The position numbers were made by a program, and so were the translations under genes. Source: Candidatus Argoarchaeum ethanivorans (GTDB lineage: Archaea > Halobacteriota > Methanosarcinia > Methanosarcinales > EX4572-44). From it: a stretch of DNA of 64,000 nt. The notes beneath the pieces are model-generated. The model searched no databases. It was not told the origin of the DNA and worked only from the letters and a program-made list of their open reading frames with translations. Below are positions 38,990-48,182 of the stretch, in pieces (the first letter of the stretch is position 1; each line of letters starts with the position of its first letter). Location: the NCBI GenBank assembly GCA_004193545.1, contig RPGO01000029.1, positions 20,096 to 84,095 on the forward strand, given 5' to 3'.

Positions 38990-39730
38990 TTATCCATACA
39001 TTGGAAATTCTTTTCGTGGTGGTGGCACGCCCTCTGTATTCCTTACCTGGTCTGCCAGTTTTTGCATTTCCACCTCTATTTCTTTTGCCTGTTCAACAAG
39101 ATCTTGTATATCTATGTTCAGATTATATATTTTATTCAGTGCCTCTATTACTGCTATGGCTGCTCTTGGTTCTGGGTTTTGGCTGTTTGTCTCTCCAAGC
39201 AAGCTTATAGCAGGCATTTCTTGCAGGTGACATGCAATCATCATGCTGCCTGCTATACCTGAAATAGTCCCAACCTGAAATATCTCAACGGCATCCTTTA
39301 TTTTTTCGAGCATTTGACTGGTGGTCGCCGAGCCAAACACCTTGTGTTCCCCGCTCATCGTAGCTATACCTGCTATTGGCACGATTTCCTTTACGTTTAT
39401 TGTTTTAGCCCAGTCCACAATTTCTTTGCTGATATCATAAGCGACTGCTGGATGTATGGGAATATCTGAAATGATAATTAAGATATTGTGTTCAGTTGAT
39501 TCGTATATGCGTACTGGCATATTGATTATGCCATTTGATAAAACTGCTATTGGTGGGAAGTATCTTGAGTTGATCATGCCTTTTTGTACCATTTTGAGTT
39601 TATCTATCATGTACTGGCAGGCAATGTTTCCTATCAACCCGGTACCTGGGAATCCATTGAATAATATTGGATTCGTTGATTCAATTGGTTCAGAAATTAT
39701 CTGGTAGTTGTCATCCTTTTTGCTGTTCAT
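38990..39730 (-). CDS. PAC2-family (proteasome assembly chaperone-like) protein
   Basis: FNGFPGTGLIGNIACQYMIDKL is typical. I placed the start at MNSKKDD (ATG 39730-39728) because the longer track ORF would run into the hairpin repeats. Confidence 0.7.
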   Translation of the reverse strand: MNSKKDDNYQIISEPIESTNPILFNGFPGTGLIGNIACQYMIDKLKMVQKGMINSRYFPPIAVLSNGIINMPVRIYESTEHNILIIISDIPIHPAVAYDISKEIVDWAKTINVKEIVPIAGIATMSGEHKVFGSATTSQMLEKIKDAVEIFQVGTISGIAGSMMIACHLQEMPAISLLGETNSQNPEPRAAIAVIEALNKIYNLNIDIQDLVEQAKEIEVEMQKLADQVRNTEGVPPPRKEFPMYG

Positions 39731-39740
39731 GTCTGTCCCC

Positions 39741-39825
39741 CTGCACACAATGTGTACAGAAATTACCAGCACTGCAAAGCTGCGCTTTGCAGAAAAACTC
39801 TCGACTGCACAACTTCGTTGTGCAG
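39741..39825. repeat. Cluster of three palindromic hairpin repeats
   Basis: 39741-39759 ctgcacaca-a-tgtgtacag (one mismatch); 39772-39792 ctgcaaagc-tgc-gctttgcag; 39805-39825 ctgcacaac-ttc-gttgtgcag. They are separated by aaattaccagca-type linkers. Confidence 0.8.
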
Positions 39826-39850
39826 AACTATAATACCGGTAACCTTTAAC

Positions 39851-39995
39851 AATTCATTATTTACAGAATACGTGTTTTACGTTTCTTCTATGATAAATAT
39901 GTTTACAATCTTGATTACTACATAATCAGGATTCGTTATTTACACAGTAAGTATTTTACATTTCTTCTATGATAAATATGTTTACAATCTTGATT
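39851..39995 (+). repeat. Left boundary of the island: two tandem copies (L1 39851-39916, L2 39930-39995) of the sequence found at the asd 3' end
   Basis: L2 positions 39930-39977 are identical over 48 bp to 44980-45027. Flanking similarity extends to 39912 and 44962. L1 is a more diverged copy. Confidence 0.85.
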
Positions 39996-40006
39996 TAATT
40001 ATTATA

Positions 40007-40045
40007 CCCCGCTGCAGAGCAGCGGGGTGTGCCGTCGCAATTTGA
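40007..40045. repeat. Family D repeat (hairpin ccccgctgc-agag-cagcgggg plus the tail tgtgccgtcgcaatttgac)
   Basis: A near-identical unit lies at 55841-55881. The leader ttaattattatacccc is shared with 55729-55744. Confidence 0.75.
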
Positions 40046-40349
40046 CTGCAAACAATTGGAGTTTGTGCATCGTTCAAAATTATTGAAATAAGATAACATT
40101 CGTGGCACTAAAAATGGGCACAGATAAAACTACTAAGATGAGAATACAAATATGATTAATAAGAAATTAAATAAAAGCATATGGTTATTATACATAGAAC
40201 TTGGAATAATGATTGTACATCATAGTCAAATGTGTTGGATGACAGTATAAGCAAATGGAAGTAATCAATAAACTAAATTCAGTTAGAGATATGAAATAAG
40301 TATCTGAAGTAGATACATTTTTGAAGTATAAAATTATATAAAAAAATAT

Positions 40350-40991
40350 ATGACGAAAATATCGATATATTTGTCTGGAAGCATAAAAAAAGGGAAAGAC
40401 GACACAAAGAGGTCATTTTGGACTTATGATGATATGAAGTATATTATCAATAATATTCACGGATATGAAGTTAATATACTAAATCCAGCCACTGAGAACA
40501 TTAAGAGAAGTAATCCATTAGAAAATTTCGGAGCAGATTTATACCTTGTGAAAATGAGTGATTTTTTATTCACAGATTTAAGAGAAAAACGAGGAATTGG
40601 AGTTGGATCAGAAATGACTATGGCAAAATATTATAAAATCCCAGTAATTTCTATCTGTCCAAAAGAGAGTAATTACAGGCGATCTAAGCTCGAAAATGTA
40701 TGTGGTGAAGATTTGTATGACTGGATACATCCATTCGTTTTAGGTTTATCTGATAAAATAGTAGAGAATCTAAAGGAAGCTATCGAATGGGTAAATGAGT
40801 TCGTAAAACGCTCTACATACATTAAAGATTTAGATAAAAAACCTCATCCAGTTGATGAATTTCAGAAAATATCGAATAATTGGGAAAAAAATGACATTAA
40901 AGACTTCGGAATTATCGATGAGGCAATCCGTCTTTTTATTGAAAATCAATTAGATAATAGTGCTGAATTGGATGATGCTAATGGAAATTAA
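40350..40991 (+). CDS. Nucleoside 2-deoxyribosyltransferase-like (NDT/Rcl/MilB-type N-glycosidase fold) protein
   Basis: 213 aa. The N-terminal KISIYLSGSIKKG and the segment DLREKRGIGVGSEMTMAKYYKIPVISI fit the NDT-superfamily pattern (G..E.G.A...P). Assignment is by motif only. Confidence 0.55.
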   Translation: MTKISIYLSGSIKKGKDDTKRSFWTYDDMKYIINNIHGYEVNILNPATENIKRSNPLENFGADLYLVKMSDFLFTDLREKRGIGVGSEMTMAKYYKIPVISICPKESNYRRSKLENVCGEDLYDWIHPFVLGLSDKIVENLKEAIEWVNEFVKRSTYIKDLDKKPHPVDEFQKISNNWEKNDIKDFGIIDEAIRLFIENQLDNSAELDDANGN

Positions 40992-41604
40992 AGGCCGAAC
41001 TATATCGGAGGTGTGGGAGAAGAGTATACAACAGATTATCAAAGATGATTCTCCATTAATACCCACCCAACACGCTACAATGGCAAAAGAATTACAGAAT
41101 ATGATAATGATTGTTGATGAACCTTTTGGAGAACCGAGAGTTTCAAATAAATATTCGTTTCCCGAAAAATTTCAAAATGAATACTCCGAGTTTCTATTGG
41201 AACCATATGCTAAATCGGATATATTGCACTCACGAATATGTGAATATGGCGAAAGTAAATTGAATCAAATCGAGCAATGTATAAAAATACTTCAGGAAGA
41301 TTGGTATTCTCGAAGAGCCGTTATAACTTTATGGAACCCCAATGATGATTTATATTCATCTTTTCCACCATGTATCTGCTCATTTCAAATTATGATTAGA
41401 AAAAATAAAGTAGATTTGGTAGTAGTAATGCGAAGTAATGATGCATGGTTATCTGCACACCCAGATATGATTGCTCTTACAAACTTACAAAAGAAGATAT
41501 CAAAATTGATCGGATTAGAATGTGGGAGATATGTTCATCATGCAGTAAGCTACCACATATATGAATATGATTATCCAATGGCACTAAAGGTGTTTTTTGT
41601 ATGA
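40981..41604 (+). CDS. Thymidylate-synthase-family enzyme, short archaeal form; candidate pyrimidine-nucleotide C5-methylase or hydroxymethylase
   Basis: SRRAVITLWNPNDD, PPCICSFQIM (catalytic Cys), MRSNDAWLSAHPDM and HHAVSYHIYEYD. The start is probably MEIKGRT at 40981; the track ORF starts at 40960. Confidence 0.8.
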   Translation: MEIKGRTISEVWEKSIQQIIKDDSPLIPTQHATMAKELQNMIMIVDEPFGEPRVSNKYSFPEKFQNEYSEFLLEPYAKSDILHSRICEYGESKLNQIEQCIKILQEDWYSRRAVITLWNPNDDLYSSFPPCICSFQIMIRKNKVDLVVVMRSNDAWLSAHPDMIALTNLQKKISKLIGLECGRYVHHAVSYHIYEYDYPMALKVFFV

Positions 41605-42614
41605 GTACTCATTCAATTTTATATAATGGTAATGTAGAAATTGACACTCAGATGCTCAATAGCATTATACAGTCTGTTGTCACTTTTACTGACGATATCT
41701 GGATCAACTCAAATATTACCCTATCTAAAAATATGCCAACCACCACTTGGGAAAATGCTCATGATATTATAAGCCTTTTAGAAGATAAACAAATCATTAA
41801 AAGATGGAGTTTTCCACATTCAGAAATAAATGAAAAGAGTTGTGAAACAGGTAATAAAAATAGCCCTATTATAATCGACACCACTGCTAAATCAAAACCC
41901 AGCAGAAAAATTGATGAAATACCTTTCGATAAATATGAAGAAATAAACAATCAAATAAACAAGATTTTTCTTACGAACAAAGATTTATTACCAACTACAT
42001 CCCTTACTTATCAACCAATTCGAGATGTAAAAAACGAGATAGAAACCACCTCAAAGGTAATCTCTATAAGGAAAGAATATTGGTCAGTTGCAATTGCAAG
42101 TCTTCTCGGAGCAAATAGTTTGTTAATTGCTTCAAAATATAAAAACATGTGGCTTACTGCCTCAGAAAAATTGAGATATCCTTTAGTGGAAAAAGAGGTT
42201 ATTCAGCATATACTAGAAAATTATTGTTCAGTTCCCGATATGACTATGCTCAAACCCGAGGACATTATAAAACTGCACAATAAAAATAAAAATTTTAAGG
42301 AAAAAATTTGTGGAATTTGTGAAAATATTTCATCAGAATTCCAATGTATGTATGACATAGAGCCCTTAGGTCAAGCAATGCAAGATGGTATTTGGGAATA
42401 TGTAGACGAAATAAGTGGCGTGAAAAAATCAGGCACTATAAAAAATGTGGCGTATGCCATTAGTAGTATTTTCATTCCAGAATTATCTGCATTGCCATTT
42501 GTAGACGGATATATCACATGGCTTTCTAAAAAAAGAAAACACGGATATGTTTTTTTTCTCTCAGAATTAAAGAAAATTAATCGTCAACCTGTTAATAAAA
42601 GTCGGGTGCTATGA
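41601..42614 (+). CDS. Hypothetical 337-aa protein, no recognisable domain; translationally coupled on both sides
   Basis: An uninterrupted ORF with ATGA overlaps at both ends (41601-41604 and 42611-42614). Its AT-rich codon usage matches the other island genes. Confidence 0.6.
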   Translation: MSTHSILYNGNVEIDTQMLNSIIQSVVTFTDDIWINSNITLSKNMPTTTWENAHDIISLLEDKQIIKRWSFPHSEINEKSCETGNKNSPIIIDTTAKSKPSRKIDEIPFDKYEEINNQINKIFLTNKDLLPTTSLTYQPIRDVKNEIETTSKVISIRKEYWSVAIASLLGANSLLIASKYKNMWLTASEKLRYPLVEKEVIQHILENYCSVPDMTMLKPEDIIKLHNKNKNFKEKICGICENISSEFQCMYDIEPLGQAMQDGIWEYVDEISGVKKSGTIKNVAYAISSIFIPELSALPFVDGYITWLSKKRKHGYVFFLSELKKINRQPVNKSRVL

Positions 42615-44029
42615 ACAAAATTGTAAAATCTGAATGTGAAGTCTTACTGATATATCCACCCTATTTTCGATTGCTTGGTGAATTTAGAGCATGGTATCCA
42701 TTAGGTGTTGGATATCTAGCCTCTTATTTGAATTCATTTGGTATACCAACAAAAGTTTATAATGCTGATACTGAACTGTTTAAAAATGAAAATATCATTT
42801 CTTATAAAGACAAGTTTTATAAGTCCGAAGCAGTACTACCAAATAAAAATGAACAATTTATTCTTCATGAGATGAAGAATGTTTTAAAGTCATTACAACC
42901 AAGAATAATCGGAATAAGCGTCTTAACAGAAAATATTCCTTTGATAAACGATATAATTCAAGTCTGTCACGATAGTCTTTCAAATGTGCCCATTATAATT
43001 GGTGGGGCACATACCCTAATTAGTCAGAATCTAACCAAAGAGATTTGTGATTGGGATTACATCCTGATTGGTGATGCTGAAGAAAGTCTTTTTGCATTAG
43101 TAAAATATCTATTAGGCTTAAATAGTTCGCCTTCATTAAAAGAAATTGATGGATTAATATACAAAGAAGATGAAAGAATAAGGAATAATGGAATATTGAA
43201 GATAAGCGATAATTTAGATTGTTTGCCTTTTCCTAATTTGAGAGATATGTATTCCTTTAATATTGATTTGAAAGAAAAGTTTAAAAAAGTAATGATCTCA
43301 ACAACGAGGGGCTGTCCTTTCAAATGTACTTTTTGCTATATGAATAAGTATTACAAAGAAATGAGATATCGTAGTCCAGAGAGTGTAATTAAAGAAATTG
43401 AATTTAATGCATTTTCATTTGATATAACTAAATTCTATTTTATTGATGATTCTTTTGGGACTAATAAAAGTTTTTTTTATGATTTGTGCAATTTAATAAA
43501 TAGCCTCTCTTTCGACATAAAATGGTCATGCATGACACACGAAAAATTGATATCGAGAGAACGTTTAGAAACCATGAAGAAGGCTGGTTGTGATTCGATT
43601 CACTTGGGTATTGAATCAGGTAGTGATCGAATACTCAAGTTGCTAGGAAAAAAAACTACAGTAAGTCAAATTGAAACGAAAGCCAGACTTATTAATGATG
43701 CTGGATTAAAATTAAAGGCATTTTTTATGGTGGGTATGCCTACCGAAACTGAAGAAGATATTAAAAAATCTATGGAACTTCTGAAAAAAATCGAGCCACA
43801 TGAGGCTATTTTGCAGATATATGTACCATATCCAAATACAAAACTCTATGACTACATAAATGAAAATATATGTAACATTGCGAGCTTCTACAATTGGAGT
43901 AATTTCTATAAAGCGAAAATCAACTATCAAATGATAGGTGAAATACATCAAAAAAGATTTGATACTTTATTAAAAAACTTCTTTAACTTAGTCGAGGAAA
44001 TAAATGAAGAAAATAAAGTATACGGCTAG
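42611..44029 (+). CDS. B12-binding-domain radical SAM enzyme (class B rSAM)
   Basis: 472 aa. The N-terminal Rossmann-like part (VLLIYPPY, GISVLTEN, IIIGGAHT) is followed by TTRGCPFKCTFCY (CX3CX2C). Confidence 0.8.
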   Translation: MNKIVKSECEVLLIYPPYFRLLGEFRAWYPLGVGYLASYLNSFGIPTKVYNADTELFKNENIISYKDKFYKSEAVLPNKNEQFILHEMKNVLKSLQPRIIGISVLTENIPLINDIIQVCHDSLSNVPIIIGGAHTLISQNLTKEICDWDYILIGDAEESLFALVKYLLGLNSSPSLKEIDGLIYKEDERIRNNGILKISDNLDCLPFPNLRDMYSFNIDLKEKFKKVMISTTRGCPFKCTFCYMNKYYKEMRYRSPESVIKEIEFNAFSFDITKFYFIDDSFGTNKSFFYDLCNLINSLSFDIKWSCMTHEKLISRERLETMKKAGCDSIHLGIESGSDRILKLLGKKTTVSQIETKARLINDAGLKLKAFFMVGMPTETEEDIKKSMELLKKIEPHEAILQIYVPYPNTKLYDYINENICNIASFYNWSNFYKAKINYQMIGEIHQKRFDTLLKNFFNLVEEINEENKVYG

Positions 44030-44241
44030 AAGCCCTTCATTCACAAATCCTGGCAATCCATTGATTGTCAAGTTTGATCTTACTCACCTATCAAAGTATA
44101 TGCTATTAACTCCATTCACGCGAATTGTTCTACAACTTAGCATACATATACCCTATCGGGCGAAGTTGGGTCGTGCCTAATAAAAATGCTAATTATGTTG
44201 TTTTTATACAATATTGATCCAATAAAAGGGAAGGTTTATGA

Positions 44242-44802
44242 ATGAATCTTTTCGCCATTGTAGGGCCAAGCGGTAGTGGCAAAACCTCTGTAGTAAATGC
44301 ACTTAAGTCCTATGGTATTAAAACCATGGAAGAAAATTATATCGGATCTTACCCTTCTCGGTTTAGTAATAGGGAACTATTGTCAAAATGGTCATGGATT
44401 GCTCGCTGGATAGAATTGGTTTGGGATTTTAAACTTACGGGAACTACGGTAATAGTAAGTGATAGATGTCCTTTAGAGGTGGTACCATATGCAACTGAAG
44501 GAATTCTTCTTCTTGAGTCTCTCAATAGTACTATAATGGAATTCCAAAACCATGATGTTTGGATTCGAACGATATACCTTCGTGTACCTCTTCAAATTTG
44601 TTTTGAGCGATCCCGAGAAAGACTTCATAGAGAACCATGCAGACAAATCTATGGAGAAGAGGATTTAGATTACGTTACATCAATTTATGCATTTTATGAA
44701 AAGAGTGTCGGAAATCTATGGGACTTCACTATTGAGGCTTCTGAAAGATCTATTGAGGAGATTGTGGACGAGATAAGGCGAATTATTGATCGCAATAGTT
44801 AA
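44242..44802 (+). CDS. Deoxynucleoside/deoxynucleotide kinase-like P-loop kinase (dNK fold)
   Basis: 186 aa. P-loop IVGPSGSGKTS, SDRCP (ERS-like) motif, and lid ERSRERLHRE within IYLRVPLQICFERSRERL. Confidence 0.6.
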   Translation: MNLFAIVGPSGSGKTSVVNALKSYGIKTMEENYIGSYPSRFSNRELLSKWSWIARWIELVWDFKLTGTTVIVSDRCPLEVVPYATEGILLLESLNSTIMEFQNHDVWIRTIYLRVPLQICFERSRERLHREPCRQIYGEEDLDYVTSIYAFYEKSVGNLWDFTIEASERSIEEIVDEIRRIIDRNS

Positions 44803-44961
44803 TGCTTATATCATTCGGGACAAGAGTAATGAAGGACGACTTTATAAATATTAGGTTTGTGCCTTTTAATTTCATTGTTAATTAGAGCAACGAAAGAACT
44901 TTAGCTAACCTCATGCACCCTCCCGATGCCCCGTACAGAGCGAAGCGAAGTCCAGGGTCTG

Positions 44962-45043
44962 TGACTACTACGTAGTCAAGATTCGTTATTTACACAGTAA
45001 GTATTTTACATTTCTTCTATGATAAATGCGTTCACAATATTCC
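44962..45043 (+). repeat. Right boundary repeat of the island; overlaps the last codons of asd
   Basis: It matches 39912-39995 (48 bp perfect core at 44980-45027). The restored asd stop codon sits at 45034-45032, inside the repeat. Confidence 0.85.
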
Positions 45044-46059
45044 CTTTTTGTGAAGCAGTTCTGCGTTCAGTATACTTGCTCCAGCTGCACCTCGAATGGT
45101 GTTATCCCTACGACAATATATCTAATTCCTTCACGAATGCGTCCGACACTTACACTCATACCTCCTCCAGCATTACGATCCATGCGCGGCTGTGGTCGAT
45201 CTTCCTCATCTCTGACGATGATTACTTTTTCAGGCTCTGTTGGAAGGTCATGCAGATCGGTATCAAATCTTAAAAACGCATCTTTAACCTCCTCTGGTGT
45301 TGGATCATCTGCCATTTGTACCCACAAAGCTTCAGTATGCCCATCCATAACCGCAACTCTATTGCAGCTCGCACTGACATTGATGTCTGCATTAACAACC
45401 TGTGAACCATCAAACTCCCCCAAAAGTTTTAATGTTTCAGTCTCCATTTTCTGCTCTTCTTTTGGAATATAAGGGATGAGGTTGTCAATAATCGCCATTG
45501 ACGGTACACCATCATAGCCTGCACCCGAAACTGCCTGCATGGTTGCTACTTGAATATTTTTCAGTCCGAATCCAGTAAGAGCACAGAGACTTGTTACCAT
45601 GGTGATCGTACTACAGTTAGGGTTAGTTATTATGCATCCATCCCATTTACGCATATCCCGCTGCACATCGATAAGCCCAAGATGTTCGGGATTAACTTCA
45701 GGGATTAGCAAAGGCACATCAGGAAACATTCGATAGGAACTTGCATTGCTTGCCACGATAAAACCAGCTTTTGCAAAATCGGCTTCAATGGTATATGCAA
45801 GATCTGCAGGAAGTGCTGAAAAAACAATATCTGCATCTACCTCTTTTACATCTACCGGCACAATCACCTGTTCTGCAACGCCTGCTGGAAGTTCTCTCTC
45901 AACGCGCCATTTTGCAGCATCCTTGTATTTTTTTCCAGCACTTCGCTCGGATGCTGCGAGTGTGGTTAGCTCAAACCACGGGTGGTCTGTTAACATTGAA
46001 ATGAACTGCTGACCTACATTACCAGTAGCTCCAAGAACACCAACACGAATTTTTTCCAT
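45032..46059 (-). CDS. asd: Aspartate-semialdehyde dehydrogenase with an apparent 1-nt deletion near the 3' end
   Basis: [17 protein letters not shown] and the active-site region NPNCSTI. After the CCC run at 45106-45108 the track frame reads [12 protein letters not shown]. The other frame reads the conserved [24 protein letters not shown] and ends at 45032. Confidence 0.85.
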
Positions 46060-46438
46060 GACACCTGCCCCATAATAGGTTATTGTAAAACAGTTGTAAC
46101 GGCGGGAAGATGTATTAAATATTGTGGTGAAGTGAGACTGTCAGATTGCGTAGTGTTGCAGTTGAAAGGTTGGAATCTCTCTCATATTCAAACCCGGGGC
46201 GGCATTCACAAGACCGGTAAGCGCTCTGTGCACAATACCCCGCATCACAGGTGCAACCATTCTTCTTCCTGCCACTTTTACCAGTTACACTCGACTTTCA
46301 AACATGTGCGAAAAATCGGTAGTGTACTAACTTTCGTGACCTATCGCAATTTTATATTTTTTATGCACCCTACTGGTAGTGATTTTGAATGACACATCAA
46401 AATTATGTAAAATCGCCATCAATCTCGATGATTGTTAA

Positions 46439-46639
46439 TTCAACGTCACGGTTTATGGGACACTACCTAATAACGCTGGATGGTTTGTGGCAAGGCAAAC
46501 TGGTCATACCATAATGGTAAAACCTGGCTCTGTAGTTACACTTTCTGTTCCAAGACATAAAGAACTTGATAGGGGCACACTCAGAAAGCTTATAAAACTT
46601 GCTGGTTTAACCGTTGATGAATTTGTTGAGTTGTTATGA
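46439..46639 (+). pseudogene. HicA-like toxin remnant with no usable start codon
   Basis: Own translation gives ...NNAGWFVARQTGHTIMVKPGSVVTLSVPRHKELDRGTLRKLIKLAGLTVDEFVELL*. The C-terminal half matches the HicA consensus (VP.HKEL..GTL..I.KQAGL). There is an in-frame TAA at 46436-46438 and no ATG, GTG or TTG before the conserved part. Confidence 0.45.
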
Positions 46640-47014
46640 TGGTAGGATGTTTTACTACGATGCCTCAGTAATTCATTTGGGAGCTGGATTGTTTGGGTCG
46701 AGGCTATCGTTAATCTGTGTATTAAAAATTTCCGGAAGATGATGCAGTTCAGGTAAACCATTATTTGTGAGTTTTCTAAGTAGTGTTGCACACTGCATGA
46801 AGCGGCAAGAAGGGTGGGGGCGTAATAAACTACACTGTTTTTGGCTCTTAACCAAGCAGATTTGTAAGATTTGTATAAATATTTACCAAAATATTTTGTA
46901 ACCGTAAGCTTTGTATAATGTGCACTTATAAGAGTTGCACATGGGTATGTTGGTCATGGATTTTGAAGTTGTTGAGAAATATATTGGGACGCAAAATTAC
47001 AAAGGGAAACCAAA

Positions 47015-48022
47015 ATGTTTATAAGAAGAAAATCACTAACAAGCCCTGTACCTATAAGTACGGGGTATAGTGACTTTCAAAATACAAATAACAACCCCGA
47101 AGGAGGCACGGATGCTCTGCAATTCATTGCAGAGTGGGAAGGATGGGGCTTGAATATCAAAAACAAGAACAAGTGTATAATGCCTGAAATTAGCTATGAA
47201 AAAATAGTGATCGAAGCACTTAAAAAGGATGCTTTCAGTAGGAGAAGTTTGCCGATGATTGGCACCATAATCCTTGCAGCTATTTTTATTTTTACGCTAT
47301 TAGCGGACTTTATTTTCAAACTTCCAAGCAATTTAGTTCCATTTGCTATATGGGGATTTCTTTTTTTCCTTCTCAAAATCTTTCTTGTTTTACTGATATT
47401 TTGGATAATAACGCTGTTTTTTGGAGGGATAGTTATTAAACAGACAGGGGAAGATGCAAAGGGGGAGCAAATTTGTTTGAAAGAAGGTTTTAGCTTTGTG
47501 AAAAATAAAATGTTGAGTTTAATATGTGCAGGCATTCTAATCGCATTTATTCCTTCTGTAATTGATTTGGGTGTATCTAATATCCCTTATGTCGGAGGGT
47601 TACTAAGTTTTATTGTTTCAATTATAATAGCCCTGTTAGTTTTTGTGACCTACCCTTGCATTGTTTTAGGTGAAAGAGGAGCTATTGATGCAATTTCTGC
47701 AAGCATTCATCATTTCATCGAAAATAAACTTCAAATTTTTATTATATGGCTCCTCAGAAGCGTTATTGGCTTGGTCATCACGTTTATATTTGCAATTCCG
47801 TTTATTATAGTATTTATTTTATTTATATTCCCGATGTTACCTTTACAAGGGTTTCCATCATATTTTCCTTCAATGATGTCTGTTATAGTAATCACCTCAA
47901 TAACCATAGTTATTTTAGCGATCGGGCTATCAATAGCCTTGGTATTCTCTTACGGAGTAACTGCAAGGTATTACATTACAACAATTGGAAGAACAGATGA
48001 GGATGATAATGAAGGGATGTAG
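47015..48022 (+). CDS. Polytopic membrane protein of unknown function
   Basis: At least six hydrophobic segments. The start is uncertain; MPEISYEK at 47181 is an alternative. Confidence 0.5.
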   Translation: MFIRRKSLTSPVPISTGYSDFQNTNNNPEGGTDALQFIAEWEGWGLNIKNKNKCIMPEISYEKIVIEALKKDAFSRRSLPMIGTIILAAIFIFTLLADFIFKLPSNLVPFAIWGFLFFLLKIFLVLLIFWIITLFFGGIVIKQTGEDAKGEQICLKEGFSFVKNKMLSLICAGILIAFIPSVIDLGVSNIPYVGGLLSFIVSIIIALLVFVTYPCIVLGERGAIDAISASIHHFIENKLQIFIIWLLRSVIGLVITFIFAIPFIIVFILFIFPMLPLQGFPSYFPSMMSVIVITSITIVILAIGLSIALVFSYGVTARYYITTIGRTDEDDNEGM

Positions 48023-48182
48023 AATAAACACAAACTATAAATTTAATTTCATTTGTAATAGATAGGGGCAGTACACGGCAAATGGGATGCCTCGGAATTT
48101 ATTCCGAGTGTGGAGTGGTCGGGGCTATGCAGTAATCGGGAATGGAAGAATTTATAAGCATTTGAAGGTATTAGACACAACC

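Noticed and set aside
46504-46791. A 95-aa minus-strand ORF.
   Set aside because: It runs antisense to the HicA-like remnant, has no recognisable features, and lies in a decayed, gene-poor region.
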